Below, piece after piece: positions 13,640 through 26,790 of a DNA stretch of 64,000 nt. The DNA lies in assembly GCF_006345805.1 (NCBI RefSeq), contig NC_043008.1, positions 43,276,001-43,340,000 on the forward strand, written 5' to 3'. This DNA comes from Octopus sinensis. Its lineage: Eukaryota. A program made the position numbers and the translations under genes. How positions within the stretch are numbered: position 1 is the first letter of the stretch; the number at the start of each line of letters is the position of its first letter. Below the pieces are notes generated by a model. That model had not been told where the DNA came from and ran no database searches. It saw only the letters and a list, made by a program, of their open reading frames with translations.

Positions 13640-13640
<1 letters not shown>
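9691..13640 (-). mobile_element. Full-length R4/Dong-clade non-LTR retrotransposon (single RT-RLE ORF), frameshifted
   Basis: Minus strand, in order: N-terminal KRRKWT.EEY motif (~13130-13165), NPNKLANVRRYILK, SNWKAPGHDKIPNFWLK, NYRPI, EEQKGCRKGSYGCKDQL, MAWIDYK, IFQGDTLSPLLFCLAL (~11420-11465), (Y)MDDLKLYA (MDD at 11329-11337), KYLGIHE, AAQDQSLPTRNY, CCHC knuckle, ANRPDIVVRD...LIDVSIP (RLE) and QKIALLGTAHILRRTLSIQ* (stop 9786-9788). There is a ~95-bp 3'UTR, and (TAA)n lies on both sides. Confidence 0.95.
9786..13190 (-). pseudogene. RT-RLE ORF of the R4/Dong element, broken by small indels
   Basis: The ORF-track pieces 12770-13024, 11811-12188, 11593-11835, 11051-11251 and 10350-10598 are consecutive parts of one protein in different frames. 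The true start codon was not identified. Confidence 0.85.
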
Positions 13641-13679
<39 letters not shown>

Positions 13680-13690
13680 TATTATTATAT

Positions 13691-14203
13691 GAAAATTCAC
13701 ACCTTATATTGCTGGGTATGGTGGAAAGCGTCAGCTGTCCACAGCCAGCAGACTAAGGTGACATTTGTTTTATTGGTCATGCTTCAAGAACTCTGCGAAG
13801 AATTCTTGCAGTTCCTAGCAATGCTTATTTTTTGTAAGTGTTCTACCTTCACACTTGCACCGATCTTTTTCAGCCATTTTGGTAGTTGACTGCTGATACT
13901 TCCAAGTGAACCAAATACTATTGGTATCACGTCTACTCTCCTCATTGACTTCAACCTTCGTATTTCCCACTTCAATTTACCGTAGTTGTTCATTACTTTT
14001 TCTTTCTCTTTAATCCTGTTGTCACCGGGGCATGCTATGGCAATTATCATGCACGTTCTTTCTGTTTTTTTCTCTTTTTCACCTCGACAAAATCAAGTTT
14101 CGAATGTCTAGTCAAGTGATCGCCCTGAATTATTGAATCCCATAAGATTTTGCAATTTTCATTCTGGGATTCTCTCATACCACGTCTTCTCTCTTTCCGT
14201 AGT
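13691..14203 (-). mobile_element. Second, divergent R4/Dong 3' fragment in the same TAA array
   Basis: ENCKILWD...IIAIACPGDNRIKEKE...VDVIPIVFGSLG...EHLQK..LLGTARILRRVLEA*; flanked by (TAA)n at 13641-13690 and 14203-14468. Confidence 0.88.
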
Positions 14204-14207
14204 ATTA

Positions 14208-14268
<61 letters not shown>

Positions 14269-14375
14269 CATATTATTATTTTATTATTATTATTATTATT
14301 ATTATTATCATTATTATATTATTATCATTATTATTATTATATTATTATTATTATTTTATTATTATTATTATTATC

Positions 14376-14409
<34 letters not shown>

Positions 14410-14412
14410 TTA

Positions 14413-14445
<33 letters not shown>

Positions 14446-15228
14446 TGTTATTGTTATTATTATTACTAATTTCATGTGACAACACTATGCTAAAACATAA
14501 CATATAACAAAATCATCTTCAGAATGTGTGATTAGATTTTACGAGCCACTTGAAAACGAATATACATTTCTACATTTCCCAAGACTAATTTAATTTCATT
14601 TTCACTAGTACGGTACCATTCCATTAATATTTCGATAAAATTACCCCACCCCACCCCACCCCGCCACTACTTTCTCCTTATTTCGCTGTTATATATCTCC
14701 TCTTTTTACATTAAATATCTCGAACTGTGATTGTGTTGTTACCATTGGGTAACCATGACAGGTCTATATATAGCCATAACTGGCAACGACATTTTAATGG
14801 TTGATGGCCTCCCCTTCGGAAGAAACAAAAATATTGTTGTAACATTCGTTCAATTATTTACTCTTAAATATACATACATGCATACATACACACAAATATA
14901 TACACATATTTGTGTGTATATATATATATATATATATAGTGTATGTGTGTGTGTATATATGTAAATTATATAATGTATATACGCGTACTATATGCACATA
15001 CATAAATCACGTTTCGCTGTTGTTGGCATGGCAACGGTGACAAGAGGAAAATTCGGTGTAGAATCAATAAATGCTTTGTTGATGTGGAATACAGTGGAAA
15101 GTAAGCGGAATCATGATGGGCGCCCACACTGTTGCGAACAGCAGACACACACACACACACAGCTACATACATGCATACATATATGTGTGTGCGTGTATAT
15201 ATGTGTATATATATGTATATATATATGA

Positions 15229-15292
<64 letters not shown>

Positions 15293-15745
15293 AATGTAAA
15301 TATATATATATATACATGCATCGGAGAGTATATATGTGTATATAGGCACTCTCAAATATAGATGAAGACATGCATATGCACTCGCCTAGACATTCAGTGA
15401 AATCACGGGGCAGACATTGTAGATAGGTTCCTGACCTTCAACACGCAGATGTGGACGAAGACGCAACCCGAGAGAGAGAATGCACGCGCGGATAAAGACA
15501 CGCATACCGATACAACAACGCAACTATCCTCTTGGTTACACACACACACATACAGAAACACACCCACCCACACACACACACACAGATATATATACATATA
15601 TGCATATATATATATATTTATATATCACGTGACCGACCAGATCATCAGATGTCGCTACACATCACTGGTCACAATGCGTTCGCATTGTTTTAGCCTTCGA
15701 ACGACGTCACCTCGCTGGCTAAGCGAGCAGGCTTATATATATATA

Positions 15746-15895
15746 TGTATACATACGACGGGATTCTTTCAATTTCCGTCTGCCAATCAACTCACATGCT
15801 TTGGTCGGCCTGAGGTTATAGTAGAAGACACTTGCCGAAGTTGCTATGACAGAACCCGCAACCAAGTGTTGGGATTACAAGCTACTTGCCACACA
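15746..15895 (-). mobile_element. SINE family A head
   Basis: ttctttcaatttccgtctgcc...gctttggtcggcctgaggttatagtagaagacacttgcc. Confidence 0.8.
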
Positions 15896-15921
15896 CACAC
15901 ACAACCACTCCTGTGCCTATA

Positions 15922-15978
<57 letters not shown>

Positions 15979-16089
15979 ATATATATTATATTTATATATA
16001 CAAACGAACAACACAGTCGTAAATATATACACACAAACATGCTCACGTATACACACACATGGATACATACCCCCCCCCCACACACACGT

Positions 16090-16315
16090 GCTCATTGTTG
16101 GAAACAAAGTGAAAATGACTCTCCATCGGTTACGATGACGAGTGTTCCATTTATTCCGATCAACGGAACGGCCTGCTCGTGATATTAGCGTGTAAGTGGC
16201 TGAGTACTCCACAGTCGCATAAAGTTTCTTGCTTAAGGACATAACGCGCCGCCAGGAATCAAACGTACGACGTTACGACCATGTGCCGAATACCTGAACC
16301 ATTAAGCGATGCCCC
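16090..16315 (-). mobile_element. tRNA-derived SINE (third family), degenerate
   Basis: Minus strand reads ...taatggttcaggtattcggc...tcgtacgtttgattcctggcggcgcgttatgtccttaagcaag..., i.e. A/B-box head plus CORE-like ccttgagcaag. A related copy lies at 24250-24430. Confidence 0.6.
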
Positions 16316-17354
16316 TTCACACACAGACACACACAGGTGTCTATACAGGTAGACTTATTTAACTAGATTATCGAAATTTGCTCATTTTTTTCTACGATTA
16401 AGATTGTTGTTATTGTCGTTTAACCACTGACCCTGGGCCAGAGAGTGCTATGATCAAAGTACTTCCGATGCATAACTAATTAATTATTACTATAAATTTT
16501 ACGACATTCGTAATATGAAAGTAGAAAAAGCCCCTAATAAATATGTACTTTTTCCCTTCTAATTTCTTAATTTCGAATTCAATCTTCTAATCCCGCCAAA
16601 TATTACGAAGAAGTGATTATCTCCCTTGTACAAGCTGTACAGCAGGAGACTTAACGGGTTTGATTTAACGTTTGTGATATTACAGTGTCATGGATACTTT
16701 AGACCTGGTTGAGCCCGTCTCTATCCAGGACTCACTTCTGTCGATTCTTCTAGAAGGGGGGAAATCTGTTATAAATAAAGAGTGAGAGAAGAGGTAGGAT
16801 CTGCTCCAGGAGACGATTGGAACTTCATTTATCGGGATGAAAGACAAAGTTGACCTTTGCGCAGAGAGCCGGAACAATCAAACGAAACAGTTTATCCGAC
16901 CCTGTTATGAATCTGACACTTTCATCAATTATGCACTTCCTAGATGAAAGATGAGATGGTCTTCGCTGGAACGCTTTGCATCTACGCCTTCCCAGTCAGA
17001 GCTGATCTGGGGGTTAAGCAACAACGGCAGTAACCACCACTTCCCAACCGACGGCTCTTATCTCCCTCCAACACCCCATCCAGAAAGCTTTAAACGTTCT
17101 ATCGTCTGCTGTGTCCTGCCATAATTATTGGCCATTAGCTGTTTATCTCTCAATTCAACACACATCTGTTTTGTGTTATTTATAAATCTATCAATCAACC
17201 ACGAGAAACATTATCAACAAATTGGTCGCCATTTAGATAATATCAACAAGCAAAATAGACAAGTAGTTTCCAATATCGCCCTTTTTTATATATTTATTTA
17301 TTTATGCCTTCTTATTATGTTATACATACACACACACATATACATACATACACT

Positions 17355-17392
<38 letters not shown>

Positions 17393-17410
17393 ATAAGTAT
17401 ATATATATAG

Positions 17411-17453
<43 letters not shown>

Positions 17454-17503
17454 TATACGTATATATATATACACGTATATATATACGCGCATATATATAT
17501 ATA

Positions 17504-17571
<68 letters not shown>

Positions 17572-18300
17572 ATATATATAACATATATATATATATGTAT
17601 ATATATATATTTATATATATATATTTATGTATGTATGTATGTATATGTATTTTATCAGACTTTTTATTTATTTTGTTATTTATTTCTTTATCAGATTTTG
17701 TTATTAATGCCACAGGCTCTATTTCTAAATACCAAGCTTGTTTGTTCGTATCTTTATCAATCCATACTACAGCTAGTTTCGTATCTTAGTCAATCTGTAA
17801 TTGCAACTTGTTAGCTGAGGGAGAATGCTATAAATGAAGTTGTGGGAACCAGGAGGGTTGTTAAACAGTTGAGGAAAGCCAGGGTCGCATTCTGTTAAGT
17901 GCCAGGTGAAATGATTTGTAGGTCAATGTTGTGGCTAAGAGAGTGGAGTTTCTGGAAGTAAAAGTACTTTTGTCCGAAATGCACCACTTGTCAGATCGAT
18001 AATCGAAGATAAAGGCCTCCTGTTGAAATGCAGCATTGAAAGAATGAGGCTTCGATGTCGATTCGAGAGAGATAGAGAGAGAAAGAGGGGGAGAGTGAGA
18101 GAATGAGAGGGAGAGGGAAGGGAGATTGATAGAGAGATTGGGGAGAGATATTGGGAGGGTGAGACAGCGATAGTCAAACTTAAATAAGAAAGGGAGAGAG
18201 AGGAGGGAGGTAGGCAGAGAGTTTAACGAAAGAAGAGAAAGACGAGGCGAGAAAGAGAAAGACAGAGAGTCAAACAGAAAGGATGGAGAGAGAGATAGAG

Positions 18301-18341
<41 letters not shown>

Positions 18342-18892
18342 AAGATAGAGAGAGAGAGAGAGAGGGAGAGAGAGAGAGAGAGAGGTGGGTTTCGTACTTG
18401 TCTTCAGCCTGTTCCTTTGCAATCTGTGCTCCTTTCTAAATATGTTTATTTCTCCCACAGAACAACCTATTCAGTGATAAAAGTAACAAAACTTTAGTTT
18501 TGAGGAGTGGTGGTCACTAGGTAAGATAATATGTTCGCTGTATTTGCAAAATCAATAAAACAGGACAAAAAGACTTTGCAATATTGAGTTCATTCTTTTA
18601 ATATTCCAAGATCAAATCCTACCCTTAGCGACTTATTCTTTTTTCCAGGGGCGCTAAATTAAATCCCTGACTGATATATCGATTTTAACACCCTTTCACA
18701 TTTTTGATGTTCTGTCTTTTTCATTAATGATTATTAATAAGATGGTCGATTGACAATGCGGTGTGGGACATTAAAAACGGAAAAGAATGCTTGATACGGC
18801 AGAAAGCATTATTAAATGCCTTGTGATATTTATATAGGTTCCTTTATGTTCTGAGTTTGAGTACAGGCAGTGTTGATTAATTTTTCCCTACA

Positions 18893-19056
18893 TAGGTGAA
18901 GGTGTGGCGCTGTTGTAAGAAGCTTCCTTCCCAACCACATGGTTCCAAGTTTAGTCCAACTGTGTGGCACCTTGAGCAAGTGTCTTCTCTATAGCCTCAG
19001 ACCAACCAAATCCCTGTGAGTGGATTTGGGAGACGGAAACTGAAAGGAACCCGTCG
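18893..19056 (+). mobile_element. SINE family A head
   Basis: taggtgaaggtgtggcgctgttgtaagaagcttccttcccaaccacatggttcc...ccttgagcaagtgtcttct...gacggaaactgaaaggaacccgtcg. Confidence 0.85.
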
Positions 19057-19304
19057 TTTTCCTTCTAATTTATTAATTTCAAATTCAAGCTTCTAATCCC
19101 GCCAAATATTACGAAAAAGTGATTATCTCCCTTGTACATGATGTATGCTAGGAGACTTTACGTGTTTGACTTAATGTTGGTGATATTAATTTATTATAAT
19201 AATTAGATGAGAAAATAGAGAGGTAATTAATAAATTATAATTCATTAATTAAAAAAGAGATGTTTGTCAATTTTTTTAATTAATAAATAATAATTTATTA
19301 GTGT

Positions 19305-19525
19305 GTGTATTTATGTGTCTGTGTTTGTTCCCCACCATCGCTTGATAACCATTGTGGGTGTGTTTACTTCCCTGTAATTTTGTGAGTCGTAAAAAAGAGA
19401 TCGATGGAATACGTACCAGACGTAAACAAAATATGCACCAGGACCGATTCATTCGACCAAAAATTCTTCAAAGCGGTGCCCCAGCATGGCCTCAGTCCAA
19501 TGACTAATACAACTAAAAAAATAAA
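19305..19525 (+). mobile_element. SINE family A 3' half
   Basis: gtttgttccccaccatcgcttgataacc...gcggtgccccagcatggcc.cagtccaatgact. Other 3' halves lie at 20870-21075 (+), 45735-45925 (+) and 56677-56830 (-). Confidence 0.8.
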
Positions 19526-20073
19526 TGGTAAAAGATATATATTTGCTTCGGGTGAGAGGTTTTGGTGGTGACGAGGTCCTGGCGTTTGATGCCGTTTTCT
19601 GGCGGCTTTCATACCTTTCACTTGATTCGCCGACTTCATCAAAGACTACATTTATTATACATCGACCGCCCTTTCATGTTTCCCTTTTAAGTGTTGTAAC
19701 AGAAAAACAGACAAGAAAGTCGTCAACGCTTCTATGGCTTCCGTGTCTTCTGCTAGTTCAGCCATCGTCGTCACCAGTTGATGTCGTTGCCAAAACTATC
19801 ACTCTTCCTCTGTGTGAATGGCTCATATATATATATATATATATAATAGATATGAATGTATGCTAGATATAAATATGTATGTATATATATATATAAATTT
19901 ATGTATGTATATAACAGATATGAATGGGTGTATATATTTATATATATATATAAGAATATATATAATATAGTATGTATATATATATATATATATATATATA
20001 ACAGATATGAATGTGTATATATGTATATATATATTTATGTGTGCGTATTATATACATATATAAATAATATTAA

Positions 20074-20128
<55 letters not shown>

Positions 20129-20726
20129 GTATATATATTTATATGTATTAATATGCATTATGTATATAATACACAGACACATATATATATAGTGTTATGC
20201 ATATATATTTATATGCATATACACGATATGTATATAGTATATGTAGCAATAAATAAATAAATTATATATATATATATATATACTATATATATATATATAT
20301 ATATACATATATATGCATGTATGTATATATATATATATGTATATGTGTCTGTCTGTCTGTCTGTCTGTATGTATGTATGTATGTATGTATGTATGTATGT
20401 ATGTATGTGTGTGTGTATATAAATGAATAGTTGGAATATATTGGTCAGTCATTAGGAAACGCCATATTTGACAGAGTGGATTACAGAAAAGTGCAACTAA
20501 CGGAGACTGTCCATGCATTTAGTAGATTAAAAACTTCCCATCCGGGTGTCTTAAAGAGAAATGGTCCACTTCATATCAGCCAAATACTATCCTACTTTTT
20601 AAGGAATCGTCCTATTTCACAGTCGTGTAACAATAATTGTAAGATATGTGATATGAACGAACGTTCTAAGACTAGAACCATTGAAATGATTAAATCTCTC
20701 ATATTATGAACGTTGTGTGTGTGTGT

Positions 20727-20776
<50 letters not shown>

Positions 20777-21588
20777 TCATGTATATAAGTGTGTGCATGT
20801 GTGCGTGTGTGTATATAAGTGTGTATGTGTGTGTGCGTGCGTGGGTGTGTGCTTGTACATAAGTGTGTGCGTGTGTGTGTTTTGTGCCGGTGTTTGTCCC
20901 CCACAACTCCTTCACAACCGGTGTTGGTGTATTTATATCCGCGTAACCTAACGGTCCAGCAAAAGCGACCGAGAGAATAAGTACCAGGCTTAAAACATAG
21001 GCTTTGATGCGTTCGACTAAAATTCTTCAAGGCGGTGCTCCAGCATGGCCGCAGTATAATGACAAACAAGTAAAAGACATTATTAATGGAATTTTCAGCG
21101 ACTCGGTTGTTACTTATATTGGCAGCGATAATGGCGGTAGCTGTTGTAGTCATGGTGATGGAGGGAGAGGCAGATGGTGGTGGTGATGATGTCGGAGGTG
21201 GCGGTCGTGCTAATGGCGATGATGGCGCTCATGCTATTTAGGATGTCTCTGTGTTAATGGTTTTCTCATGTTGGGCTGAAATAATCTGATGTTAAGCTGG
21301 TTGATATAAGAAATGAGCTGGAATTGCCATTAACCTGTGGTTATAATGTCAGTGCGACTTTTAACTAAATTCCTGGGATTTTAACTAAAAACCTAAATAC
21401 CTTTTCCTTCATAGAAGTGACGACCAACATCCATATTCTCTCGAAAAAGATGAATTGTGAACATCATTCTTCTGCCTATATTCTTCTAACTACTTTTACT
21501 CTTTATTCTTCTATTTTATTCCTTATAAATTGTGAATTCTATTCGTTGTAAACTGCAAATTTTTCCCGTCTAAAATATCCATACCTCG

Positions 21589-21648
21589 TCTCTGATGACG
21601 GAATACCCAGTGCACGGACAGGCTAACCAACCAGAAACGGGTGTAAGA
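21589..21648 (+). ncRNA. Type I hammerhead-ribozyme-like motif (non-canonical stem II closure), Penelope-type terminus
   Basis: tct-CTGATGA-c gg...cc a-GAAAC-gggt-GTA-aga. Stem I is 3 bp, stem III is AC/GT with a 4-nt loop, and the cleavage triplet is GUA. Confidence 0.4.
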
Positions 21649-23039
21649 GTTCATATTCACATTACCCTAATTAAATTATTCTAAATTACTTGAGATATTC
21701 GTTCTGCCATGGGTTTTGATTTTTCTCTACTATAATGTATAGCTGCTGTAACGAAACCCTAATACGGAGCCCTAGATCTAGTCTTAGCTGTGATCTTGGA
21801 ACCTAACGGTTCACTAATTATAGAACTTACCCATTCTATTCGTTTAGATCACACGTGAGCTAAACCCCTCACATTATATATATATATATATATATATATT
21901 TACTCATACACGCACACACACACAGACACTCACACACACAGAAGCACACGCATACGCGCACACAGACACTCCCGCACGCATATATTAATTTGGTTAACTT
22001 TTATAAGAGACGTGGTAACTAATAAAGAGAAATGTCATTTAATTGCCGCGAGTGAAGGAAAAAAATATTGACTTTTAGAGTTTATCAAAGAGAGAAGAGA
22101 AAGTTTCGTTTGCTTCTATCTATCTATCTATCTACCCAAAATGTGTACGTTTAATGAATCTAGACAATGCCATCTTATACGTACACACATACATATGTTT
22201 GTGTATATATACATACATGTATACATATATCTATATATATGTGTGTGTGTGTGTGCCTGAGCATATATATATATGAATATATATATATATATATATGTAA
22301 ATTTATGTATGAGTATATATATATATATATATATATATATGAGCATATATATATGTGTGTGTGTAAATATATGAATATGTATAGCTATATATGTATATAT
22401 ATGTATATATGTATATGTATATGTATTTATATATATATGTATGTATATATATATGTGTGTGTAATATATACATCTATATATGTATATGTATTTATATATA
22501 TATGTATGTATATATATGTGTGTGTATATATATATACATCTATATATATATATTATATACACACACAATAATATAAAAATATCACCCATTGTATACAATG
22601 TGAGAATGTATACCTTTAATCAATTGTACACAATAGCAGAATATATTGAATTCTGAATGGAAAGAAAAGTTATTATTGTTGGAAATTGATAATTCTTCAA
22701 TATGATATCCTTGTCAAACAAACAGCTCTCAAGACAAACACAAAACTCGAGCTCAGGGGTAAGCCATGCCGATACGAGTCAACGAAAGTCAATTCAATTA
22801 AATAACGTGTACGTACGTATGTATGTATACGAAGGTGTTTGTGTGTGTGTGAAGACAGACAGAAAAAAAATTGTAACGTATTTGGGCGGGAGAATGATTG
22901 ATGGCGGAAGTTGGAACCAAGGTTTAAAGTGTCTTCTTTTATGACATTACCTTACAATCTGCCAATATAGACATCTTGTTTCTTATTTAGAGAGGGGCCT
23001 GCACGTCACGGGAAATAACTAGAATAACTACCTTCCTGT

Positions 23040-23470
<431 letters not shown>

Positions 23471-23482
23471 TGTAGTAATTTA

Positions 23483-24071
23483 CGAAGTCTGATCAATAAA
23501 TATCCGGACTGTCGCTATAGTAACAAAGCTAAAGCACGCAGAGTAAAGCCTTGAATACTGCTGCGCATGTGCACTGTTTTAACGTTCTAGCTCACTTCCG
23601 CTGTTTACAGCAGTTCTTGGAAGGAAGGTGTGTAGCGTGTGATCGTCGCATCGACCATAGCAGAGAAGGTTGTCATGGCGATACCTGTTCAGAGGCCTAC
23701 GCAAAGTTGCAGAAAGTGTACGGAGAGGTGTGTTTGAGGCGCACACCGGTGTACGGTTGGGTCAGACTTTTCTAAGATGGCCGAAAAATATCGATATTGA
23801 CGAGCGTTCTGTGAGGCCGCCAGCAGCAGAACTGAGAAGAACATCGCAGATGTGCGTGCAGCTGTGAGAGGAAATCCGTGAGTTATCAGAGGATGTGCAG
23901 ATTAGTTACAGTTCAGTTCAGTCGATTATCACTGAAGATTTGAGTATGAGACGCGTGTCTGCCAAGTTTGTGCCGAAACTGTTTTCAGCTGACCAAAAAG
24001 ACACTCGGGTTTCAGTCGCACAAGGTCACCTTGATTGTGTCGAGAACGATGAAAACTTTTTGAAAACTTTG
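23483..24071 (+). mobile_element. Mariner transposon, left end + degenerate transposase N-terminal half
   Basis: TA (23481-23482) then TIR-like CGAAGTCTGATCAATAAATATCCGGACTG. Translation GDTCSEAYAKLQKVYGE...VYGWVRLF*DGR..IDIDERS...ELSEDVQISYSSVQSIITEDLSMRRVSAKFVPKL (WVPREL-type motif). Confidence 0.9.
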
Positions 24072-24235
24072 CGTAGGCCTCTGCGCAGGTATCACCAAGC
24101 TTTTGGCAAAATTTGATGCAAATTCTCTGCTCAACCTTCCTTGTCATCGTCAATGCGACGGTCACGCGCTACACACCTTCATTCCAGGCATTATCGTAAA
24201 CAGCGAAAGTGAGCTAGAACGTTAAAACTTAGTGG
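24065..24235 (-). mobile_element. Second mariner copy, 5'UTR + N-terminus, opposite orientation
   Basis: Minus strand MTRKVEQRICIKFCQKLGDTCAEAYAK; its 5'UTR (ttttaacgttctagctcactt.cgctgtttac) matches 23577-23610. Confidence 0.9.
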
Positions 24236-24873
24236 TTTTCGTGACGTATAAGCAACCGGGATGACAACACTCCCCCTGAACGGGACGCCAGCACATCGCA
24301 GCGTTAATCATTTTCAGTTGAGTGAAATGAAGTGTTTTGCTCAAGAACACAACGAACTTCCCACTTCGGGAATCGAAACCGAAACCTACAAACATGAGTC
24401 AATTCCTTAATCACTCGGTCACGCGCCTTCGCGTAATATATACGAGCCATGATAAATTAAGGCGTTTAGGCTGCGACATACTTTGAAGTGATTCCATGAG
24501 AATCCTTCAGAACTAGAATCGGTCTGAATGAAAGATCAAAGCAATGCAATCTGTCTCTGGACCAGTGATACATATTATCTCCGACATGGATATCAAATGC
24601 TAGGAGGAATCATTTCTAACTCTTGAGGACAGCGAAATATCGATCAGTAATAATTCTACGAACAATGATGAATACCAAACGGATTTCATACAAGACTTAC
24701 CAACAATGGTTGGGAGATGGATGCGGCTGAGCTGAGAGGTCGGTCAAGCGCAAGAATTCGACACTTTCTCCTTGAATTTATTAGCAAGGTCGCAAACCGG
24801 CATCTTGAGTGAATGCAACTTTGACCTGCAGGAGCTGATGTTATCGGATAGTATACAACGATTATATGTGTGC

Positions 24874-24911
<38 letters not shown>

Positions 24912-24954
24912 TTATGTGTATACACACACATAAATACATACATATATATATATA

Positions 24955-25408
24955 AATACATACATACATACATACAAACATACATACATACATACATACA
25001 TACATGCATACATACATACATTCATACATACATACATACATACGTACATACATACATACACACATACATTCATACATACATATATGCATACATACATATA
25101 TACATACATACATGCATGCATGCATACATATATGCATACATACTTATATACATACATACATGCATACATATATGCGTACATACTTATATACATACATGCA
25201 TGCATACATATATGCATACATACATACATACATAAATTCATGCAAACATACATACATGCATACATGCATACATACATACATACATATATGCATGCATACA
25301 TAAATAGATAGATGGATAGATACATACATACATACATACATACATACATACATACATACATACATACATACATACATACATACATACATACATACATACA
25401 TACATACA
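24955..25408. repeat. (TACA)n array with variants
   Basis: Direct reading. Confidence 0.95.
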
Positions 25409-26015
25409 TGATGGCTACAATTCGCTTCCGAACAGCGACATCACTCGATTATTCTCTTAAACACGAGCAGCACGAATTTTGATTTCAGTTTTTCTAGTGA
25501 CCAACACTCTTTCGCAAAACATGTGGCAAAGATGGGCGCCTCTTGCAGCAGATGTTTAGAATGTGTACCACCCATGCCTTGATTTCATCATGGAATTTTT
25601 CATTGAGTGCTCTTGGCTACGATTACGCATAATATGCAACACATAAGAAAGATGAGAAAAATCATACAATGCCTGTACCTGAAGCTTTCTAAACTGAAGA
25701 AAGGCCTTCCGCGGGATTCGATCCCGCTTACTAAACAACTTGTGCATCTGTCTAAAAAGAGGATTTAGTCTACATCATTGGAGGCGAATGAAGCGGATGT
25801 TATAGCTTTATTATCCTTTCAGTGCAACAGCTAACATTCAATATAATACGGCCTGTCGAATGGTGGGGCAGTCGGTGACAAAACCGGCAACACCGACTGC
25901 AAAACGAAAAATAAAATCTGTCAAAAGGTGGCCGGATGAACTCAATAAGATCAACGGTTATTCAATAACTGGGAGCAAGAGAGCCCATACTTGAAAAGTC
26001 CCATCAAAACTTCTA

Positions 26016-26224
26016 CAGGCGTGGGTGGGTGGTAAGAAGCTTGCTCCTCAACAACATGGTTCCGGGTTCAGTCCCACTGCGTGGCAACTTGGGCAAGTGT
26101 CTTCTGCTATAGCCTCGGGCCGACCAAAGCCTTATGAATGGAATTTGGTTGAAGGAAACTGATTGAAACTTGTTGTATATATATATGTGTGTGTGTGAGA
26201 GAGAGAGAGGAGAGGGTGTGTGTT

Positions 26225-26293
<69 letters not shown>

Positions 26294-26506
26294 TTGTGTG
26301 TGTTTGTTTCCCCCATCAACCCTTGACAACCGGTGTTGGTGTGTTTGCGTGCTCGTGATTTTAGCGGTTCGGCAAAAGAGACCAGCGCAATAAGTAACAG
26401 GCTTAAAAAGTTGGTACTGGTGTCGATTCATTCAACTAAAAATAATTCAAGGTGGTGCTGCAGCATGACCGCAGTCAAGTGACTGAAACAGGTAAAGGAA
26501 TAAAAG
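26016..26506 (+). mobile_element. Full-length SINE family A (head - central microsatellite - 3' half)
   Basis: tRNA-like head (ggttccgggttcagtccc), CORE-like cttgggcaagtgtcttct, internal (TG)-rich tract and tail gactgaaacaggtaaaggaataaaag. Confidence 0.9.
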
Positions 26507-26514
26507 CATACGTA

Positions 26515-26790
26515 ACAACATAGGTTGGATATCGTTGTTTGGGACAGAGAAGAAGCACATCCACCGCCATGGAGGTCAGTTGTCCGCTGATGGGAATAGC
26601 TATTCAAAAAGCCAAGATGTAGAGGATAACGACGGACAACAACTTCGAAACCTTCAGCTTTTACAGTGCACTTATTCTTATAAGTAAATGCCTAAGGGAG
26701 AATCGGGCGAAGCTACGGTTAACATTCACATTACAAATACAATCTCTAAGCGGAACAATAAAAATATACGAAGCTTTGCTTAAGTTCAAA
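26515..26790 (+). mobile_element. Old RLE-type non-LTR fragment
   Basis: With frameshifts: DIVVWDREE...MEVSCP.DGN...QLRNLQLLQ, resembling the PD-(D/E)xxxK endonuclease of R4/NeSL-type elements. Confidence 0.55.

Noticed and set aside
13190-13640. HDV-like ribozyme in the 5'UTR of the R4/Dong element
   Set aside because: Such ribozymes occur in related clades, but I found no P1 partner for the 5' GGGGGAC and no nested pseudoknot by eye.
17800-18060. GC-elevated block possibly from a CR1/Jockey LINE linker (DY...W...PWLSS)
   Set aside because: The similarity is too weak to call without an HMM search.
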